DNA of 64,000 nucleotides from Macrostomum lignano (lineage: Eukaryota): the NCBI GenBank assembly GCA_002269645.1, contig NIVC01000689.1, positions 62,001 through 126,000 on the forward strand. Direction: 5' to 3'. A program made the position numbers and the translations under genes. Numbering within the stretch: the first letter of the stretch is position 1; the number at the start of each line of letters is the position of its first letter. Shown piece by piece: positions 56,085 to 64,000 of the stretch. The notes under the pieces are model-generated. The model was not told where the DNA came from, made no database searches, and saw only the letters and a list, made by a program, of their open reading frames with translations.

Positions 56085-57430
56085 TTACATTACATTACAT
56101 TACATTAAATTACAACGACGCTAGGGTCGGGGGGCGCTAGCGAGCGAGAGGCGCTAGCGAGGAAGAGGGGCAGGGCAGGTCACAGCAGTCTGGGGGGGTC
56201 AGTCCAATTGCCTCCAGGTCGGCAACAAGTGTCTCTCGGAGCGTCTGGGTCCGCTCTTGGCCGAGGCGGAACCGTTCGGTCGGCGGGTGCAGAACGGCCA
56301 GTCCGAGCGGGTTGTCGTCGACGCGGGCAAACCGCCGCAGGCAGTGTCCCAGCAGGGCCTGGCGACGCCGGCGGAGGGTGGTGCATGGCGCGCCAGGCCT
56401 GGGTCCTCCTGTCCATGATGACCGAATCTGGGCTTATCACGAGGGTGCCTAGGTACCGGAAGTAGCTGCACGTTGAGATGGCCTCGCCATTGGGCAGGGT
56501 CAGCAGTGGGGCATTGTCAGCACCCACGTGTAGCACCTCCGTCTTGCCTGCGTTAATCTGCAGGCCGATCCGAGCGCCTTCCTCGGAGAGTCGAGTAAGA
56601 GCGTGCTGGGCTGCTACAGGGTCTCGGCACAGCAGCGCGATGTCATCAGCGTAGGCGAGGGCTGGGAGCGTCACGGCAGTGTGACGGGAGCTACGCTGAG
56701 GCGCGAGGACAAAGCTGTCGTCGTCTCGAAGGCAGCGGCGCAGGATGTAGTCAACAGCCAGAATTAAAAGCAGGGGCGATAGCGGGTCCCCTTGCAGCAC
56801 CCCGGAAGTGGTGTCAAACTCGTCCGTAGGGCCATCGCTGGAGTCAACAAACGCCTTGGAGTTGTGGTACAGGTCTGTTACTGCCGTCACCAGGGTGTCG
56901 GGGACGCCGTACTGAGCCAGGAGCCAGGCTAAAGCCGTCCTGCTGACAGAGTCGAAGGCCTTCCGGAAGTCAACGAAGACGATAGACACGGCTCGAAGAC
57001 GAGTCTTGCAGGTTTCGACAATGCACCGAATGGCTACAATTTGCTCCGTGGTGGATCTGCCTGGCCTGAAGCCGCTTTGTAGCTCGAGCAGCAGCGAGTT
57101 CAGGACAGGAAGGAGCCGATTGCGCAACACTGCGTTCAGCAGCTTCGGCAGCGTGCACTCCAGTGCGATGTCGCGTTGGTTGTCGAGGCTCGTGGAGGCG
57201 CCCTTCTTCGGGATGGAGACAGTTCTTGAAGTACGCCAGAGGGGGTCGGCCGTGGCAGCTGGGTCGCCGCCGAGACAGCAGTACTTGTTCAGGATGCTAG
57301 TAATGCTGTCTGTAAGCTCTGGCAACTTCAGAACCCTGGGAGGCACTCGGTCGACTCCAGAGGCAGCGTCAGCGCGCATGCTCTTCAGCGCCTTGGTAAC
57401 TTCCGCGGCGGAGATCGGGCCGGTGTAGAA
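56085..57430 (-). mobile_element. 5'-truncated non-LTR retrotransposon (RTE/RTEX-like) reverse transcriptase fragment
   Basis: RT motifs QSGFRPGRST, FVDFRKAFDSV, GVLQGDPLSP, AYADDIALL, GLQINAGKTE, FRYLG. The C-terminal LLGHCLRR segment is in another frame after an apparent internal deletion near 56385. (TAATG)n 3' tail at about 56085-56112. Clade assignment is by recall only. Confidence 0.9.
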
Positions 57431-57620
57431 GGATCCTGAATGTCCAGGGGTGATGGATCCTGAATGTCTAGAGGAGAGGGATCCTGTATGTTTTAAAGGT
57501 GAGGAGGGATCCTGAATGTCTAGGGGTGATGGATCTTGAATGTCTAGAGGAGAGGGATCCTGTATGTCTAGAGGTGAAGGATCCTGAATGTATAGAGGTG
57601 AGGGATCCTGAATGTCTAGG
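57427..57620. repeat. 24-bp minisatellite, right part
   Basis: Same unit as 55045-56084. Confidence 0.92.
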
Positions 57621-59982
57621 GAATTTTTAGCTGTAGAAAAAAACATGATGAGAAAAATCATAAAAACTGGGACGTTACGAGCTAAAAGTACGAACTTCAA
57701 GCTAAAAGCATCTGAAAGTATTGGGTGAGATAGTTATCATGAACAAATGGTCGCTGGAGCTCTGGCTCTACATGCATGTTATGCGTTTCCCAACTGAACT
57801 CTAAACATTCTATCAGAAGAAATTCAATTCAAGCAGTCTCTAAATATACTTCGTCCATAACTCTCATTTGAGTAGCAACTGTGCCGGGAATTTTCAACTT
57901 TCATACGGCTTTGCAGAAATGAGGAGACACGCGAGGAAACCGGGGCGTCTCCCCAGTTGCATATCGCAGGTTGGAATGGCTCAACTCAAGTGGATGATTT
58001 CTGAGAAGCTTGCTCAGCCTTGCGAGCTGTCTGCCTTGATTTGTCACGCCTCTCTGTCGCCTAGAAAATTTCGATTTCTGCAATGGGCAGCACGCAGAAG
58101 AGGAACTAGAGCTATATAATTGCTGCTTCTGCAACACGGGAGAGAAGGCGTTGCGTGTTATCGTGTCCACTGGTCGTCATTTGCTTTTTTCTTCTGCTTT
58201 TAGTAGCACCGAGTCCTTTTCATGAGTTGCCGTAGAGTTATAGAGTATAGAGACATCCTTAAGTTTGAGCGAAATGGAATCACAGTTTATTATACTACTC
58301 ATTAGTAAGCTAGTAGCAATTTGTGCATAAATCCTATTGTACAAATCTACAAATAATTCACTTAAAATTGAGTACAAAAGTATTTTGAACATAAAACCAG
58401 GAACAACTAAAACCTTTTCTAGTTTTCCCTGCAAGTACTATTTTAGGTTATGGTTAGTGACTGGTTAGTTTATTGTTGCTTTAGAAAATTAAACAGAGAC
58501 AACTCAATTTTAGCACATATAATTCAGCATTTATAGACATTTAAATTTTCGAAAGTGTATTTGAAAACAAAATGTGAAAGCGTTAATTAATTTCGGGGCA
58601 TTTCGAGCTAAGCACGGGGCTTACAATATGAATAAAAAAGTATACATAATGTACATTATTTATGATCCATTTCAATGAACAGCTAATACGAATGAAAATT
58701 GTTATGCGCAAATCACAAGCAATGATTGTATAAAAATATTGAGTGAGTAGCAACACAGCGTACCGTTTTAACAATTGACAAAAAATACGTATAGCAATTT
58801 ACGCTCGTTATATCGTCAATGCATTTCTAATGTATAGGTTTTTTGTATATTGGCTACAAGTACACGAACAGGAAGATAAACTATATTCGCTGCTGTTATA
58901 ATGTTTGCAACACTATATACATCGTATAACTATTAGTAAATATGTTCTTTAAACGTGTATAAGACAGACTACCAGTACCAGCTCTTTAGCCAGCGTTTTT
59001 TAATCATAAAAATTTACTATTATAGAAAAAATATCAAATAAACTTTAAAGCTTTTAATTCTCATAAGATTGAAAGAGTTAATAATAAATCGCTACAATTT
59101 GATATGATTACATAGCCACTAGCAAAACCACTAAAATGCTCAAATCGGAGCAAATTCCAAATTATTTTTGGACTAAATAAACAAATAGTAATTAAATAAT
59201 TTGTGCATTCATAATTAACACAATTATTTTTAAATATGAATTAAACAGAAAACTACTAATCTATTAAACAATAATATTGTAAACAAAATTTTAATTAATT
59301 TTTAAATCTAGATAAATTAGTTGATTTAACTTTCACGTCACACTCTGATAGCTAAGTAATAGGTTTGCCAATAGTAATGTTCGCTAGTATGTGATAAATA
59401 CGAACTTAAAACCAAAATTAATTTGAGAATACTGCTGAATTAGATAAATTTTGAATGGCAATATGGCTAGCACGTGTTAATAAGCGAGCGAAAGCAATTT
59501 TATTTTGTCACAAGAAAGAACATCTGGCAGCTAAGATTATCAATTAGTTGTAGCAACAAGTAAACAACAAATACAAAATATTAAAACGAACTTTTTTGTG
59601 CGAAGAGATAAAAATAACTCGCGAGTTCATCCCATGGTAGAGCTTTAAAATTTTTTTGTTTGTTCCTTTGTTACATATAAATTTCGAACTACTACTTTGA
59701 AATCTTTAAAGCTTTTTAAATTCTTGTATATAAACCAGTTAGTCAAATTTCCATTCTTAAAATTCAATGAAAGTAATATTTTTATAGCTTATGTATGAAG
59801 ACTATGATACAAAACCCTTGCTTCAAAAACTTTAAAAGCTGCATCCAAACAATGGCCGCCACATTCGGTACATACTACTTATAGAGCACCGCGATTTGTG
59901 CAAAATTACTGTTGAAAAATGTTGGAAACAAAGTTGACTTACAGTACGCATATGATTTGATTTGATTTGATTTTTTATGAAA

Positions 59983-61642
59983 TCAGTCTATTGGCGAATC
60001 TATCGGGTGCAACCGGTGCAGGTTGAGGCTGCTCGGGTTGAGGTCCGGAGTCAGGTCGTGCGAACTCGCCTCGCTGCCGTCCTCTGCCTGATCTTCGCCG
60101 TAGTCCATCGACGACGAGTCGCGATAGTTGGCGACCGCCGCCGCCCCCGCCGCTGATTCTGTTGAAGGCGACATTGATCTCTGCACTTTGGCGGAGGCGG
60201 CGACAGCGGCAGCGTCATTGGAGCGCGGACGTCCCAAGCTGGTGACGCCGACAACGACGCCGCCGCCTGAAGTCCCGCGGGCCTGCTTCTCAATGACGCG
60301 TCTGGCCTGCACGCAGACGTCCGTGCAGCAGAGATTAATTTTGGCCGACTTCAGCTTCGGATATCGGTGCTGGATGTAGTCTGGTAGGCGCAGCGGGTGG
60401 TGGCGGAGAGGTCTTATTATTAGTTTTTGCAGCGCTTGCCTAAACTACTAGAGAAGTACGAAATTTACGACATTAGTGTTATAATTCTTGTTTTTGAATT
60501 GTTTTCGGGGGAATGTATATAAAAATATTTTTTTTAGGAAATGAAGCATCTACTTCTATAGTAGTCACTGCGCTTAATGAATTGTTGCGTCAAATGCGTT
60601 AGCGAGACAGGAAGTTTTCTATAAGTTTTAGCCTTAAATAGCTCCAAGAGAATGCCTCATCTTTTGGACTTTTGCATTAGAAATCCGGCAAAGCATACTT
60701 ATATTTTAGTATTTGTACTTTCAGTGTCTGTCCACGCAGCTCAATTTACCGGTACCGACTGGGTCTGCCTTGGTATTTTCAAGGACTACTGAAGTAGAAC
60801 AACGGGAAACTACGTTTTTGGTATTTTCAAGGACTACTGAAGTAGAACAACGGGAAACTACGTTTTTGGTATTTTCAAGGACTACTGAAGTAGAACAACG
60901 GGAAACTACGTTTTTGGTATTTTCAAGGACTACTGAAGTAGAACAACGGGAAACTACGTTTTTGGTATTTTCAAGGACTACTGAAGTAGAACAACGGGAA
61001 ACTACGTTTCTTGGTATTTTCAAGGACTACTGAAGTAGAACAACGGGAAACTACGTTTTTGGTATTTTTACCGAAAAAATACATTAGAATCCTAATTTTC
61101 TAAACAAAAAGCTCTACCTATGTCAGTAGGGCTAAGGCAATTCATAGCAAAAGATGAGTATTGGGTCCGTCTGATATCAAAAGAAATGACAATTTTTATG
61201 CTGAAAAAATAAACACCTCGACGCTTTGTAATGCATTGTTTGGGTAGCCTATTAAACTTTTCCAAGGAAACGTAGTTTCTCGTTGTTCTACTTGAGTAGT
61301 CCTTGAGTATTCTTACTATAGAATAATTAAATAAACTTTATAATGCAAGGTCCAAAAATAGTGCATCACAAGCTACTTAGTCAGTAGTGCATTTTGAATT
61401 TGCTACAGTAACCTCTAAAAGAACTTACCTCGGATTCCCATGGTGAGATTCTCATCCAGCACCTCCTTGTACTGGCCGTTGCCAGTTAGCGAAGATTTGG
61501 CCAGCGTGCCCTGGGAGAAGAAGTGCTTCATTAGGATGCGCAGATGTCGAGTTGCGCTGCCGGATGCGCGACTAATGGACTCTTGATAGTCGGCCAGGGT
61601 CATGCTTACTGCCGGGTGCGCGTCCGAGAGGATCACGAACTT
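59983..61642 (-). CDS. BEN-domain-like protein, last two exons (5' exons not identified)
   Basis: Exon 61642-61429 (acceptor AATGCAG, donor GTAAGT, phase 1) joins exon 60380-59983 in frame: RHLRILMKHFFSQGTLAKSSLTGNGQYKEVLDENLTMGIRDYIQHRYPKLKSAKINLCCTDVCVQARR, resembling the BEN pattern (LMxxFF, SLxG, LD, CxxARR), followed by a low-complexity tail. Confidence 0.7.
60770..61069. repeat. 48-bp tandem repeat, about 6 copies
   Basis: TTGGTATTTTCAAGGACTACTGAAGTAGAACAACGGGAAACTACGTTT; a single inverted copy lies at 61267-61310. Confidence 0.94.
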
Positions 61643-61747
61643 CTGCATTGGGGATAATCGGGTAGGTTGAGGATCTTGTGCCAGCAGGTGTCAAAACTTT
61701 GAAAACAAAGAGTTAGCGAGCGCCGAAGTCAAAGGTAAGGTGCGCCA

Positions 61748-62032
61748 AAATGAGATTTGATGGGGCGACAAAATGAGATTTGATGGGGCGACAAAATGAA
61801 ATTTGATGGGGTGACAAAATGAGATTTGATGGGGCGACAAAATGAGATTTGATGGGGCGACAAAATGAGATTTGATGGGGCGACAAAATGGGATTTGATG
61901 GGGCGACAAAATGGGATTTGATGGGGCGACAAAATGAGATTTGATGGGGCGACAAAATGAGATTTGATGGGGCGACAAAATGGGATTTGATGGGGCGACA
62001 AAATGGGATTTGATGGGGCGACAAAATGGGAG
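61748..62032. repeat. 23-bp minisatellite (GACAAAATGAGATTTGATGGGGC)
   Basis: About 12 units. Confidence 0.95.
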
Positions 62033-62559
62033 TTGAGGGTACTAAAATGAGTACGTACTCCTACGATAGCACGATTTTAAGTAGTGAATGAAGTTTCTTA
62101 ATGATAAATTGATGTCAGGATTTTTATGAACTCCTCGGTTATCTAATCAACGCTAAATAGGGTGTTTCCATCGTAATTAGTTTTTCGTGGGAATACATGA
62201 GTTCTGAAATTTTTAGTTAGATTTTTATGAGCTCTTTCTGAAATGAGGGAAAATTAAGACTGTTTGCTGGGCCATCTCCTAGCTGTGGTATGCTGTTTTG
62301 CAGCCGGGGTCTATTGGGATCTTTTTCCCACGAAAATGTGATCCATTTTATACCGTAGTTTCAAATTCATTGCAAGACACGCACGCACATGCTTTACTTC
62401 TTTATATAAGGCAGACACACGAAATACGGAAGATTGATTTCCGTAATTTTATGTTTAGCTATCTGTTAACTACAGATAGCTAAATAGCTGGCTTAATTTC
62501 ACACATCTCAATCTCTGTCTCATTCCACCTGCCTAATCATCTTCCTATATCACCTTTTC

Positions 62560-62800
62560 ACTGTCTCCCTGTCTCACCCTCTCCCTGTCTCACGCTATCC
62601 TTGTCTAACTCTCCCTGTCTCACCCTCTACCTGTCTCACCCTCTCCCTGTCTCACCCCCTCCCTGTCTCACGCTATCCTTGTCTAACTCTCCCTGTCTCA
62701 CCCTCTACCTGTCTCACCCCCTCCCTGTCTCACCCTCTCCCTGTCTCACGCTATCCTTGTCTAACTCTCCCTGTCTCACCCTCTACCTGTCTCACGCTCT
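62560..62800. repeat. CT-rich repeat (CTCTCCCTGTCTCACC) with higher-order duplication
   Basis: Direct reading. Confidence 0.88.
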
Positions 62801-64000
62801 CCCAAGCTGCAGCATGCCTACGCCAATTCCTCAGACCCCAAGTCACCGCAGGTTAATCGGTAGTTAGTTTTCGCCACAGCAACAACAAAATACTAACTCT
62901 GCAGATTGCGTTAACTCGGCCGAGAGGCAGCCGGCCCCACTGCCCACCAGGCCAGTTTATTGACTCTATGCGAAAGTTCTACGCTGGAATCTTCGGCTAG
63001 CCACGCGAATTCAAAGTTCCTCACTGTGAAGTGCCCCCGGAGGCCTGCGGGTGGTCGCACCAGCAGGCAGGCCAGTTTTCGCTAGACTTTCTCTGCTTCA
63101 TACCCTCACCTTAACCCGATCCCAAAACTGAACCTTTAAGCCAAACTTGCGCCCCACTCCCCTAAGGCCCCTCATCCTTTGGAGGAGTCTCCGCTAGTCT
63201 CGTCAACCGTCACGATGGCAAAACAATAAACTGGCCCGCTAGCCCGCCTGGCCGGTGGCACACATGCGTGCGAATCTGCATCATAGAAGCATGCGGCTTC
63301 TGTTTGTTCGCCAGATTCTGCAGAATCCGTCTTTATCTCTTCGTCTGTCTGTCCGTCCGTTCCTCTCTCTCTCTATCTCTAACTTGCTTTCATTTCGATA
63401 AAGAGTCCCAACCCTGTGGAACTGCAAAGAGATAAAGAAATGTTTTCGTTAGAAACAAAAAAAAACGCTCAATTGGTCATTTTGGTCTATAGTGGCTCTG
63501 GCTCGATACGGACCATGGTCAACTGAAGTAGAAGGACGCTTACACTCGAATTTCTTAAGAGATGAGCTGTAAGCCGTCAAGGCGTATTTGTCGTCTCGCC
63601 AGTGCATTCAGTACATGGAGGAAAGAAAAAAATGGAGTGCTAATCTGACTGAGTTATTTTTGTTTTGCTCCTTTTCGACTTTTGGCATCATGGTACCCCC
63701 CATTCCATTCTATTGGCTGTTGAGTGCCAATATCTAGAAGTCCTAACTAGTACTTTTTTTAAATTGACTGGCTTGTTTATCGACCTTTTCTAGAGTGAGA
63801 GATCCTCCCGTGTTTTGGAGGAAGTGTTGCTTACCCTCGTACACACTGTAGATTCGAGTTCAAGACTGAGTCGTTGGATCAGGTTACACATTTTAGACAA
63901 ACCCGAACTTCTTTAACCATTTTCCCATGGCAGTAGTTGTTTTCCCAAACCATGGTGTTTTTGGTATCCATGGAGGAATTGGTATATATTATCAATAATT

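Noticed and set aside
56180-57700. 506-aa ORF as an intact gene
   Set aside because: Chimera of minisatellite translation, a truncated RT and an out-of-frame tail.
54478-58211. Roughly 40-bp direct repeats (TTCTTCTGCTTTT..AGTAGCACC) at 54478-54520 and 58168-58211 as LTRs
   Set aside because: Too short, no TG...CA ends, PBS or PPT; more likely fragments of a dispersed repeat.

Overview
Eukaryotic (animal) genomic DNA with GT-AG introns, GC-rich exons and a very high load of minisatellites; a flatworm such as Macrostomum is my inference, not proven. Four genes lie on the + strand: the 3' end of SNW1/SKIP, TTC29 (6 coding exons), WDR88 (3 coding exons) and an HCN/Ih cyclic-nucleotide-gated channel. 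The last two exons of a BEN-domain-like gene lie on the - strand. Mobile DNA: a Tc1 transposase relic, a 2.5-kb Mutator-like element with array-built inverted ends and an 8-bp TSD, three copies of a tRNA-derived CORE-like SINE, and a truncated RTE-like LINE inside a minisatellite. The strongest observation is a cluster of three paralogous, intact, 150-nt phase-0 exons, each encoding the S4-S5 linker and S5 helix of the HCN channel. They look like mutually exclusive exons, differ at gating-critical residues, and carry candidate RNA pairing elements. The same channel has a SIGYG rather than CIGYG filter. Most long ORFs in the supplied track are artefacts of tandem repeats. All exon models were assembled by hand from splice signals, reading phase and recalled protein similarity; no database search was run.
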